This document shows, one piece after another, positions 1-8,960 of a DNA stretch of 64,000 bases. The notes under the pieces were generated by a model. It was not told the DNA's origin and made no database searches. It worked only from the letters and a program-made list of their open reading frames with translations. Numbering within the stretch: the first letter of the stretch is position 1; every line of letters starts with the position of its first letter. This stretch comes from Chloroflexota bacterium (GTDB taxonomy: Bacteria; Chloroflexota; Dehalococcoidia; Lucifugimonadales; UBA3495): positions 17,187 through 81,186 of the forward strand of contig JAQBVF010000016.1 in assembly GCA_027623675.1 (NCBI GenBank), written 5' to 3'. Made by a program: the position numbers and the translations under genes.

Positions 1-1
1 A

Positions 2-283
2 GCCGCAGCCGAACCTGAGCTTCTCCGTCTGGGTGGACAGATACAACCCCAGCATCAGCAGATTGGGGATGGCCTCATAACCCTCGGGCTGGAAGTGGTG
101 TTCCGCCATCCAGAACTCCTGGAACCCCAGTTTCTCCAGGTGTTTGGAGATGTCCAGTGCCCAGTCGAAGGTCTCAACCAATTGTTCGTTGCTATACCAA
201 CGGTCATTGGCCGGCGTGCCTTCCAGCCCGATGTTTTCGTCGACCAGATGGCCGGCGTAGGATGCAGAGAAGTTCTTAATCAT
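2..283 (-). CDS. LLM-class flavin-dependent oxidoreductase, N-terminal part (runs off the window start)
   Basis: Own translation from ATG at 283: MIKNFSASYAGH...LEKLGFQEFWMAEHHFQPEGYEAIPNLLMLGLYLSTQTEKLRFGCG. WMAEHHF is the luciferase-like motif. Not in the ORF track because it is partial. Confidence 0.85.
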   Translation of the reverse strand, partial: MIKNFSASYAGHLVDENIGLEGTPANDRWYSNEQLVETFDWALDISKHLEKLGFQEFWMAEHHFQPEGYEAIPNLLMLGLYLSTQTEKLRFGCG

Positions 284-378
284 CTTTTTAACCTCGGTTT
301 ATCACTCGGTTTATCAATGGATGAGGCCCCGTTTCTGGGGCCTCAATAGGTTTCTGAAGGGTGCTTAGTGGCCTGACC

Positions 379-1299
379 TTACTCTCTTTGGACCTGGCTG
401 GGCGCTGGGTTGACCAGTTCGATGCCGATGGTCACTGGGAAGACGCGCACCAGCTCCTCCACGGTCCATTTGCCGTCCTTTTGGATGGTCCTCACCGGCT
501 CGGGTTCATTGAGCAGGGTGACCAGGCCCTCGGTGACATGGAAGACGTGACCGTTCACGTGGGCCGCTTCATCGGAGGCCAGCCAGGCGACCATGGGGGC
601 GATGTCGTCGGCCTGGCCCCTAAGGGTCAGGGCCGCGCCGGTGCTGATGCCACGAGCGGCGCGCAGCGCCCTGGCGTCGTCGGGGATGCTGCCGATCATC
701 CGGGTGGCGGCGCTGGGCGAGATGGCATTGGCGGTGACGCCGTAGCGGCCCAGGTCACGGGCAACCACGCGGGTGAACCCGGCGATGCCGTCTTTGGCCG
801 CGCCGTAGTTGGCCTGGCCCGAGTTGCCGTACAGCCCGGTGGTGGAGCTAAATGTGATGATCCGTCCGGAGCGCTGTTGGCGGAAGATCACGCTGGCGTT
901 CTTCACGATGGAGAAGGTGCCCTTAAGGTGGACGGCGATAACGTCGTCCCATTCCTGCTCGCTCATGTTGAAGATCATGCGGTCTCGCAGGATACCGGCC
1001 ACCGTGACCACGATGTCCAACTTGCCGTAGTTATCCAGTGCGGTCTGAATTATCTTCTCGCCGCCGGACATGGTTGCCACCGACTCCAGGGAGGCTACGG
1101 CCTCGCCGCCTTCGGCCTTGATCTCGTCCACGACCGTCTGGGCGAAGGACGAGTCCTCGCCGGTGCCGTCAACGTTCACGCCTGGGTCGACCACCACGAC
1201 CTTGGCCCCTTGCGAGGCCAACAGCTTGGCGACGCCCCGGCCGATGCCACGGCCCGAGCCGGTTACTATCGCCACTTTGTCTTTCAGAAGCTCAGCCAT
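379..1299 (-). CDS. SDR oxidoreductase (HSD17B4/MFE-2 dehydrogenase-like subfamily)
   Basis: TGSGRGIG Rossmann motif, AGILRDR, catalytic NYGAAK. Confidence 0.9.
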   Translation of the reverse strand: MAELLKDKVAIVTGSGRGIGRGVAKLLASQGAKVVVVDPGVNVDGTGEDSSFAQTVVDEIKAEGGEAVASLESVATMSGGEKIIQTALDNYGKLDIVVTVAGILRDRMIFNMSEQEWDDVIAVHLKGTFSIVKNASVIFRQQRSGRIITFSSTTGLYGNSGQANYGAAKDGIAGFTRVVARDLGRYGVTANAISPSAATRMIGSIPDDARALRAARGISTGAALTLRGQADDIAPMVAWLASDEAAHVNGHVFHVTEGLVTLLNEPEPVRTIQKDGKWTVEELVRVFPVTIGIELVNPAPSQVQRE

Positions 1300-1379
1300 C
1301 AGAGACTCTCCCTATGGGTGTTAAATGCGAGTGCTGGTCCGTTCAATCAACTGTTGCGTATCGGTTGCGCCGGGAAGCG

Positions 1380-1811
1380 TTAGACCCGCTCCCACAGCAG
1401 TGTCACGACCAGGTCGGCTTTGGCCCCTTTTATGGGTTGGGTGTTCAGCCGCAACCGGCCGCCTTCAAATTCGTAATCCCTGGTCTGGATATCCCCGGTC
1501 CAATTCGGGAACAGGCCGTTGGCCACGTGATGGGTCATCTGGGATTCCGCCTCGTTGGCCTCGTAGGTGCCGTAGTAGGCGATATATCCCTCGAACGCCT
1601 TCCTGACTTCCTCGTCGCTGCCCTTCAGCAGGTTGGCGGACTGGAAGGCCGGGCGTCCGCTGCCGGCGATCTGGCCCGAGAAGTTGCCGTGGCCGTCGTA
1701 CATCAGTTGTCCTTCCGGCTGCTCGCCGTAGGGGTGGGTGATGCGGCCGTCGGTCCACCTGCCATAGCACTCCAGCAGCCGCCAGGTGCCGGCAAATCTA
1801 TCTTGCGCCAA
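1380..1811 (-). CDS. Lipocalin-like domain protein
   Basis: GTWRL N-terminus, PYGEQPEGQLMY and YIAYYGTY motifs; TTG start, coupled to upstream SDR. Confidence 0.75.
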   Translation of the reverse strand: MAQDRFAGTWRLLECYGRWTDGRITHPYGEQPEGQLMYDGHGNFSGQIAGSGRPAFQSANLLKGSDEEVRKAFEGYIAYYGTYEANEAESQMTHHVANGLFPNWTGDIQTRDYEFEGGRLRLNTQPIKGAKADLVVTLLWERV

Positions 1812-1813
1812 GC

Positions 1814-2740
1814 CTACCCTTGCACTCTGGCCGGGGCGGGGTTGTAAATATCCTTGGTCAGTATGTCGCGTGCCATGACCGACAGCTTATCCATGTCCCA
1901 GGTGCCGCTGGGTTCGTAGATGGCCTTCATCGGCCGGGGCTGGGACACCAGCGAGATGGTGTCGCCGTAGACCAAAAAGGTCTGGCCGTTGATGTTTTCG
2001 GCGAAGTCGGTAGCCAGGTAAGCCACGAACGGAGCGATATGGTCCGGGTCCAGGCTGGCCAAGTCTTCCTCACCGGCGATGGGGGCCACGCCGCTGCGGG
2101 CCCGGATCTCGGAGGCGCTGCCGGGGATGTCGGCGATCATGCGGGTGCTGGCCCGGGGGGCGATGGAGTTAACGGTCACACCGTAGCGGCCCATGTCTTT
2201 GGCCACCACCTTGGTGAAGCCGGCGATGCCCGACTTAGCGGCGCCGTAGTTGGCCTGACCCGAGTTGCCCATGAGGCCCGATTCGGATGTGAAGGTGATG
2301 ATTCGGCCGGAGCGTTGCTGGCGCATCAGGATGCAAGCGTTCTTCACCACGGTGAATGTGCCCTTGAGGTGAACGGCGATGACGTCGTCCCATTCTTCCT
2401 CGGACATATTAAAGATCATGCGGTCGCGCAGGATGCCGGCGCAGGTGACCACGATGTCCAGTTTGCCGAAGTTGTCCACGGCGGACTGGACGATCTTTTC
2501 GCCGCCCTCCATGGACGTGACCGACTCCATGCAGGCGACCGCATTGCCGCCGGCAGCCTTGATCTCGGCCACCACCAGCTCGGCGATGGAGGTGTCGGCG
2601 CCGCTGCCGTCCACGTTCACGCCGGGGTCAACCACGACAATGCTGGCCCCTTCCTCGGCCATCTTCATAGCGACGCCGCGCCCGATGCCCCGGCCTGCGC
2701 CGGTGACGATCGCCACTTTGCCGTTCAACATTTCCGCCAT
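1814..2740 (-). CDS. SDR oxidoreductase, paralog of 379..1299
   Basis: TGAGRGIG, AGILRDRMIFNMSEEEWDDVIAVHLKG, NYGAAK. Confidence 0.9.
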   Translation of the reverse strand: MAEMLNGKVAIVTGAGRGIGRGVAMKMAEEGASIVVVDPGVNVDGSGADTSIAELVVAEIKAAGGNAVACMESVTSMEGGEKIVQSAVDNFGKLDIVVTCAGILRDRMIFNMSEEEWDDVIAVHLKGTFTVVKNACILMRQQRSGRIITFTSESGLMGNSGQANYGAAKSGIAGFTKVVAKDMGRYGVTVNSIAPRASTRMIADIPGSASEIRARSGVAPIAGEEDLASLDPDHIAPFVAYLATDFAENINGQTFLVYGDTISLVSQPRPMKAIYEPSGTWDMDKLSVMARDILTKDIYNPAPARVQG

Positions 2741-2859
2741 TTTCGCCTCCCTGGGCCCTGGGTTTGGATCGAATCGTTCAGCGGCCCGCGCCGCTTTCTT
2801 TTACTGTTTCTGGGTAAAATTTCTGGGTCGAGTCTCGGGGTACCGTCTGAGGGAAAGAG

Positions 2860-3288
2860 TTAGCGGCTGGGCAATGCGACGGTCGCCGAACCGGGAGTGG
2901 TCTTCTCGCCTTTCTCGTTCTGAAGCCAGATCTCGCAGTCGACCAGGTTGACGCCGCCCTCCTGGTACCTGCGGGTGACCACGCCTTTGGCGGTGACCGG
3001 CGTGCCGGGGATGTCCATGCCCCGGTACTGGCAGGCCAGGCGCTTCAGGTCGCCCTTCGGCCCCATCCACTTGGTCACCAGGTGGCCAAGAAAGGCGTTC
3101 TTCAACGCACCGTGGAGGATCACGTCTTCCAGGCCGTTGTTCTTGGCGAAGCCCTGATCGTAGTGGATCTGGTAGTAGTCACCGGACGCGCCGGCGTACT
3201 TCACCAGCTGCTGGGTGGTGGGGTTCTTCACCACCTCGGGCAATTCCGTGCCCTCTTGAACGTCGTCCCAATAAACCTGGTCGGCCAT
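2860..3288 (-). CDS. MaoC-family (R)-hydratase/dehydratase, catalytic subunit
   Basis: YAGASGDYYQIHYD hydratase-2 motif, ILHG. Confidence 0.85.
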   Translation of the reverse strand: MADQVYWDDVQEGTELPEVVKNPTTQQLVKYAGASGDYYQIHYDQGFAKNNGLEDVILHGALKNAFLGHLVTKWMGPKGDLKRLACQYRGMDIPGTPVTAKGVVTRRYQEGGVNLVDCEIWLQNEKGEKTTPGSATVALPSR

Positions 3289-3330
3289 GATTCGGCTCCC
3301 GTCGCCGTACGGCGAGTTAGTATCTGCGGA

Positions 3331-3789
3331 TCAGTATCTGATAGAAGTGCTCGTCTGGGTGGCGGCGACCTGGTCGAACTGGTTGCGGTAGGTGACCACG
3401 ATGGTGGTGATGATCATCAGGCCCATGCGGCCGGTGCGTTCGTTGATGTCGGCAATCTCGGAGATGGCCGTGATGCGGTCCCCAGCCCGGACCGGGTGAA
3501 AGTACTCCCAGTCGCTGCCGCCGTCCAGCAGCCGGGTGAAGGGCAGGTCGAAGGGGTAGGAAGGCCGGTCAACGCCCACGGAACGGAGGAAGGTGGGTGG
3601 GGCGATGAGTCCGCCGTACCGGGTCTCCCGTGCCGCTTTCTCGTCGTTGTAGACCGGGTTGTCATCTTCGATGGCCTGGGCGAACTTGATGATGGCCCCC
3701 TTCTCCACATCGATGGTGCGGGGAGCGCTCTTCTGCCCTATGGCTTGTTTCCGCATTTCCTCGGTCAAAAAAGACGCGGGAGTAGTCAC
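3331..3789 (-). CDS. MaoC dehydratase N-terminal-type hot-dog protein (partner subunit)
   Basis: FAQAIEDDNPVY...GLIAPPTF; GTG start at 3789 with GGAGG RBS. Confidence 0.85.
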   Translation of the reverse strand: MTTPASFLTEEMRKQAIGQKSAPRTIDVEKGAIIKFAQAIEDDNPVYNDEKAARETRYGGLIAPPTFLRSVGVDRPSYPFDLPFTRLLDGGSDWEYFHPVRAGDRITAISEIADINERTGRMGLMIITTIVVTYRNQFDQVAATQTSTSIRY

Positions 3790-3817
3790 GAAATACCTCC
3801 TGTTCCAGTGCACCGAA

Positions 3818-3846
3818 AGTCTATATGGCACCCTCTAAGGTGTCAA
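3818..3846 (-). promoter_or_regulatory. Sigma70-type promoter for the MaoC-SDR operon
   Basis: TTGACA-17 nt-TAGACT on the minus strand. Confidence 0.6.
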
Positions 3847-3989
3847 GAAATCACGACCGAGGCTGGGCACAGCCCCAGCCCGTTCGCAATGGACAGGCCT
3901 GCCACGCCGATATATAGTTTGGACAGCGAAGCGTTCAGACTGGATCTCAGGCCTGAAACGTGCCTGGGAATCTACTTGGAGCCACCGCC

Positions 3990-4937
3990 ATGGACTACGG
4001 CTTTTACCTCCCCAACAGCGGCGCATCCGTCCAGCCCGACGCACTGGCCGATATAGCCAGCCTGGGCGACCGGCTGGGCTTCTACTGCATGGTGATGCCC
4101 GACCACGTGCTCCAGCCAAACAAGGTGGCTTCCGCCTATCCTTACAGCGTCACTGGGGACATCCTGGAGGCGGGGCAGTCAGGCGACGGCGAATGGCCCG
4201 AGCAGGTAACCACCCTGGCGTTCCTGGCCGGCATCACCGAGCGCATCCGCCTGGTAACCAGCGTGATGATCATTCCCTACCGCAACCCCATCCTCACCGC
4301 CAAGATGCTTGCCACCCTGGACCTGCTCTCCAAGGGCCGGCTGGTCCTGGGAGCGGGCGTGGGCTGGATGGAAGAGGAATTCGAGCTGCTGAGCGCGCCG
4401 CCCTTCGCCGAGCGGGGCGCGGTGACCAATGAATACCTGGAGGCGTTCATCGAACTCTGGACCAAGGACGACCCCGAGTTCCACGGCAAGTACGTGAACT
4501 TCTCAGACATCACCTTTCTGCCCAAGCCGGTGCAGAAGCCTTACCCGCCCATCTGGATCGGCGGCCAGAGCAAGCCAGCCATTCGCCGCGCCGCCCGGCT
4601 GGGCAACGCCTGGCATCCGGTGGGCGCCATCCCCGCCACTCCCCTGGAGCCGGAAGAACTGGCTGAGAATCTGGTGGTCCTACGCGAGTACGCCGAGAAA
4701 GCGGGGCGCGACTCATCTGAGATTCAGGTTTCGGTGAAGGCGCCGCTGTACGACGCAGCCAACGCCGGCGGTCCCCGACGCAGGTTCACCGGCTCGGCCG
4801 ACGAGGTCCGTCAGGACGTCCAGACCTACGCCGACGTGGGCGTGACGCACCTGATCTTCGACTTTCGGACCGACGACCCCCACCAGACCGAGGACCGCAT
4901 GGCCCGGTTCGCCGAAGAGGTAATGGCCGTCACCTAG
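3990..4937 (+). CDS. LLM-class, probably F420-dependent, oxidoreductase
   Basis: MPDHV, LSKGRLVLGAGVGW, PKPVQKPYPPIWIGG; ATG at 3990. Confidence 0.9.
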   Translation: MDYGFYLPNSGASVQPDALADIASLGDRLGFYCMVMPDHVLQPNKVASAYPYSVTGDILEAGQSGDGEWPEQVTTLAFLAGITERIRLVTSVMIIPYRNPILTAKMLATLDLLSKGRLVLGAGVGWMEEEFELLSAPPFAERGAVTNEYLEAFIELWTKDDPEFHGKYVNFSDITFLPKPVQKPYPPIWIGGQSKPAIRRAARLGNAWHPVGAIPATPLEPEELAENLVVLREYAEKAGRDSSEIQVSVKAPLYDAANAGGPRRRFTGSADEVRQDVQTYADVGVTHLIFDFRTDDPHQTEDRMARFAEEVMAVT

Positions 4938-5079
4938 GCTGGATTCCCACCCTGATACTCCGGCAAATTATTCCGATCCATTTACCCGTAACAGTCACTT
5001 CGAACCAGTCACCCCGAACCAGTTACGCCGAAACGATACCCTGGCCAGAAACCAAGGCCCGATACCAAGGAGCGATCGA

Positions 5080-6027
5080 ATGGAATATGGGTTTTACCTT
5101 CCCAGCGGCGGGCCTTCCGCCCAGCCCGACGCCCTGGCCAGCATCGCTCGACAGGGCGACAAGCTGGGATTCTTCTGCATGGTGATGCCGGACCATATAG
5201 TGCAGCCGCGGTCCGTCGAGTCCCAATATCCCTATAGCGTCACCGGCGACATCCAGAAAGCCCACCAGGCGGCGTCTGACGAGCGGCTGGAGCAGGTGAC
5301 CACCCTGGCGTTCCTGGCGGGCATCACCGAGCGGATCAAGCTGGTAACCAGCGTGATGATCATCCCCTACCGCAACCCCATCCTCACCGCGAAGATGCTC
5401 GCCACCCTGGACATGCTCTCCAAGGGCCGGTTGATCCTGGGAGCGGGCGTGGGCTGGATGGAAGAGGAGTTCGAGGCGCTGAACACAGAGCCCTTCGCCG
5501 AGCGGGGCGCCGTGACCAACGAATACCTGGAGGCGTTCATCGAACTCTGGACCAAGGACGACCCCGAGTTCCACGGCAAGTACGTGAACTTCTCAGACAT
5601 CACCTTTCTGCCCAAGCCGGTGCAGAAGCCTTATCCGCCCATCTGGATCGGCGGCCAGAGCAAACCCGCCATTCGCCGCGCCGCCCGCCTGGGCAACTGC
5701 TGGCACCCGGTGGGGGCGATCCCCGCCGCGCCGCTGGAGCCTGAAGAACTGGCCGAGAACCTGGTGCTTCTGCGTGAGACTGCCGAGAAGGCGGGCCGGG
5801 ACCCGTCGGAGATTCAGATATCGGTGAAAGCGCCGCTATACGATGCCGGCGATAACGACGGGCCGCGGCGCCGGTTCAGCGGCACTCCGGACGAGGTCCG
5901 CCAGGATGTCCAGACCTACGCCGATGTTGGTGTCACCCACCTGATATTCGACTTCCGCGCCGCAGACGGACATGGGACCGAAGAACGCATGGCCAGATTC
6001 GCCGAAGAGGTCATGGCCGTCACTTAG
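5080..6027 (+). CDS. LLM-class, probably F420-dependent, oxidoreductase; tandem paralog
   Basis: Same length (315 aa) and motifs as 3990..4937. Confidence 0.9.
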   Translation: MEYGFYLPSGGPSAQPDALASIARQGDKLGFFCMVMPDHIVQPRSVESQYPYSVTGDIQKAHQAASDERLEQVTTLAFLAGITERIKLVTSVMIIPYRNPILTAKMLATLDMLSKGRLILGAGVGWMEEEFEALNTEPFAERGAVTNEYLEAFIELWTKDDPEFHGKYVNFSDITFLPKPVQKPYPPIWIGGQSKPAIRRAARLGNCWHPVGAIPAAPLEPEELAENLVLLRETAEKAGRDPSEIQISVKAPLYDAGDNDGPRRRFSGTPDEVRQDVQTYADVGVTHLIFDFRAADGHGTEERMARFAEEVMAVT

Positions 6028-6072
6028 CCGGCCACACGCGATAATTTCAATTTCCACACCAGGAGGCGTCCC

Positions 6073-6873
6073 ATGGATACATTGGACCAAAGGTTTGAGA
6101 AGGCCCAGGCGATGCGCGCCCGGATGGCCCAGGGCGACCCCAGCCATTATCTTTTGCCCGGCATCGACATGCTTGCCCCCGACCTGAGGCGCATCGTCGA
6201 CGAGTCTTTGTTCGGCCAGGTCTGGGCCCGTCCGGGACTGGACATCAAACACCGGTGCATGTCCACCATCTCGGCGCTGATGGCCCTGGGTCAATTGCCC
6301 CTGCTGCGCCGGCATATCGAACGCAGCCTGAACCTGGGGATGACCCCGGAGCAGGTCGTTGAGGTGTTTATCCAGCTGACTTTCTACGTTGGCGTCCCCT
6401 CGGTCGAAACGGCCATGCGCACCACCAACGCGGTCTTCGAGGCGCGGGGCATCGATTTCGTGCCGGTTTCGACCTATGACACCACCATGACGCCGGACGA
6501 GCTATTCGAGTTGGGCAAAAAGAGCTACCAACAACATATCGGCGAATCGACGCTGTACCCGGTGGATGACCCCAACTCCATCGAGATGGAAGTCGAGCGT
6601 CTGATCGACGAATATCACTGGGGTGCGATCTACACCCGGCCCAACCTGGACCCGGTGAGCCGCGCCATCTGCGCCATCTCCGCCATGACCGTGCTGGGCC
6701 AGTACGACCGCCAGATTCGCCGGCGCATCGAAGGAGCCCTGCGGGTGGGCGTAACGCCGCAGCAGATCATGGAGGTGTTCATCCACCTGATCCTCTACGG
6801 TGGATACATCAACTCCCGCACGGCGATGCGCGTGGCCCGGTCGGTATTCACGGAGCAGGGTCTAACGGCTTAG
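6073..6873 (+). CDS. Carboxymuconolactone decarboxylase (CMD/AhpD-like) family protein with two tandem domains
   Basis: Repeated G-x-V/I-W/Y-x-RPxLD...R motif in both halves. Confidence 0.8.
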   Translation: MDTLDQRFEKAQAMRARMAQGDPSHYLLPGIDMLAPDLRRIVDESLFGQVWARPGLDIKHRCMSTISALMALGQLPLLRRHIERSLNLGMTPEQVVEVFIQLTFYVGVPSVETAMRTTNAVFEARGIDFVPVSTYDTTMTPDELFELGKKSYQQHIGESTLYPVDDPNSIEMEVERLIDEYHWGAIYTRPNLDPVSRAICAISAMTVLGQYDRQIRRRIEGALRVGVTPQQIMEVFIHLILYGGYINSRTAMRVARSVFTEQGLTA

Positions 6874-6941
6874 GTCCAACCGGATTGTTTCAGTCCGAAG
6901 CAAAGCGAAGCAATGATAAAAGCAACGAGGGGAGCAGCGAT

Positions 6942-7736
6942 ATGAAACTGAAACTAGACGACGGCATAGAGCTTTTCTATACCATCGACGACTTCACCGA
7001 CCCGTGGACCAAGCCGGAGACGGTGGTGATGCACCACGGCATGGCCAAGAGCCACAAGATGTGGTTTGGCTGGGTGCCCATAATCGCCCGCCACTACCGG
7101 GTCATCCGCTTCGACATGCGGGGAATGGGCCTGTCGGACGTGTCCGGCCCGGAGCACGCCTATACGCTAGACAGTTTTACCAGCGACCTGAAGGAGTTCG
7201 CCGACAAGATGGAGCTGGACAAATTCCACCTCATCGGCGAGACGGTGGGCGGGTCCATATCCATGAACTACTCCATCAACAACCAGGAGCGGTTGAAGTC
7301 GCTGACGGTCTGCACCTCGCCCACCAACTTCGACTCCCACCACAAAGAGAGCGCCGAACTTATCGAGCGTGAGGGCATCAACGTGTGGGTAGAGGACTCC
7401 ATCGGGCGGAGGCTGGACCCGCAGATAGTCGACCCCGCCTACATCCGCTGGTACGCCGAGCAGATGAAGGCCACCCCGGCGCACGTGGTGGCCGGCTTCC
7501 AGGCCACCGCTGGGGGCGACATCGGCCCCGCGCTGAAGAACGTCCAGACCCCCATGCTGATGTTGGCGGCCGCCAACCTGCGGGAGGAGGTCCTGGGCGA
7601 CTTCCGGGGGTCGGCCGACCTGTTTCCCAACGGCCGCAAGGTGGTTTTCCCCGGCGTTTACGGCTTTGTGCAGCACATCCTGCCGGTGCCCTGCGCCAGG
7701 GTCTGGCTCGACTTCGCCCAGGGCCTAGAGCCGTAG
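6942..7736 (+). CDS. Alpha/beta hydrolase fold protein (enol-lactonase-like)
   Basis: HHG oxyanion region, FDMRGMGLS, elbow GETVGG; ATG at 6942. Confidence 0.8.
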   Translation: MKLKLDDGIELFYTIDDFTDPWTKPETVVMHHGMAKSHKMWFGWVPIIARHYRVIRFDMRGMGLSDVSGPEHAYTLDSFTSDLKEFADKMELDKFHLIGETVGGSISMNYSINNQERLKSLTVCTSPTNFDSHHKESAELIEREGINVWVEDSIGRRLDPQIVDPAYIRWYAEQMKATPAHVVAGFQATAGGDIGPALKNVQTPMLMLAAANLREEVLGDFRGSADLFPNGRKVVFPGVYGFVQHILPVPCARVWLDFAQGLEP

Positions 7737-7834
7737 GCCGTAAACCGGCCCGGCCTGGCGCAACCATTTGGTCTAAGACCGGTCGGCTCGCGCCCGGGTT
7801 GCCAGGGGGCGTTTTTCAAGAGGCGGTTGCGCAG

Positions 7835-8167
7835 TCAGACATTGGAGCGGTACATCCGGATATCGATCCTCTCAACGGTAACCAGGCCTTCTCCAATGAC
7901 CTCGTCGATGATCGGCATCACCGAATCGATCTTGTCCGCCGAGTCCACGATCTCCACGACCATGGGCAGGTCCAGTGACAGGCGCAAGATTTTGGAGGTA
8001 TGCACGCGGCTGTTGGCCCCAAACCCCATCACACCGCGGAGAACGGTGGCGCCGGCGATGCCTTCGTCGCGCATCTTACGAACGATCCATTCGTACAAAG
8101 GCATCCCGTCATGCCTATCGGACTCGCCGATGAATATGCGTAGCAGGCGGCCCTCACCGTGCAACAT
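7835..8167 (-). CDS. DUF190 family (PII-like) protein
   Basis: LRIFIGESD...GIAGATVLRGVMGFG...LSLDLP; typical crcB partner. Confidence 0.85.
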   Translation of the reverse strand: MLHGEGRLLRIFIGESDRHDGMPLYEWIVRKMRDEGIAGATVLRGVMGFGANSRVHTSKILRLSLDLPMVVEIVDSADKIDSVMPIIDEVIGEGLVTVERIDIRMYRSNV

Positions 8168-8178
8168 GCATGCCCTCC

Positions 8179-8556
8179 TTACGATAATTGCGAAGCGGAA
8201 TATCCGGCCCAAACCGCCGCCAGCCCCAAGACGACCTGGAGACCGACGTTCGAAAATGCCGCCAGCGATTCTCCGTCCCGGAGCAACTGAAACGTTTCAT
8301 AGCTAAAGGTTGAGAAAGTGGTAAAGCCGCCCAGCACACCGATCAACAACAACGCCCGCGTTTCCGGCCCGAGGAAGTTGCGGTTTTCGGACAGGCCCGC
8401 CAGCAGTCCGATCAACAAACAACCGACCACGTTTACCGTGAGGGTCCCGTAGGGCAGCGAGAGGGTCCGGAGGCCGTCTTGTACCCAACCAGCGACCAGA
8501 TAGCGCATCACCGCGCCAAAAAACCCACCGATCCCCACCAGCAAAATCAACAGCAC
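8179..8556 (-). CDS. crcB: Fluoride efflux channel CrcB/Fluc
   Basis: GAVMRY, GTLTVN, GGFTTFSTF; four TM segments. Confidence 0.92.
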   Translation of the reverse strand: MLLILLVGIGGFFGAVMRYLVAGWVQDGLRTLSLPYGTLTVNVVGCLLIGLLAGLSENRNFLGPETRALLLIGVLGGFTTFSTFSYETFQLLRDGESLAAFSNVGLQVVLGLAAVWAGYSASQLS

Positions 8557-8960
8557 CCTAGGTTTCCTCCCCGCGAACCGCCGGCCAGACCGGCCGGATA
8601 TCTTCGCCTCGATTAATCATGCCTCAATTATTCTTGCAATGATGCCACGTTTCGCCCTGTGAATACCAAGCTGCCGAGCGCCCGTCAGAAAACTGCCGTT
8701 GAAGCCACGGCACCAAATGTACTATGATTGGCCCGACCGTCGACTATATTCAGTCAGATCCTTTTACTGAAATCATCTTTCCACCTTATGGACAGATGGT
8801 TCCTCGGCGAACGAAACGGGTTTTACAAAAATCTCCGGCTACTCCTGATTCCAGCTTCGGTTGGCTGCGAGTCGCTGGCAGACCTACTTCCGTTTTAACC
8901 GCTTTGCGCAGTACGCCGCAAAATCAGGTCTGGTCGACTAATCTGCATACACGGTGATAC

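Noticed and set aside
361..4056. Long antisense ORFs (e.g. 361..1383, 1820..2863, 3082..4056) and similar ones across the window
   Set aside because: Shadow ORFs of GC-rich genes on the opposite strand, with no recognisable motifs
8557..8960. Fluoride riboswitch between crcB and the ClC gene
   Set aside because: No GGCGATGG..TTCGCC / GCTGATGAC.CCTAC pattern was found on either strand
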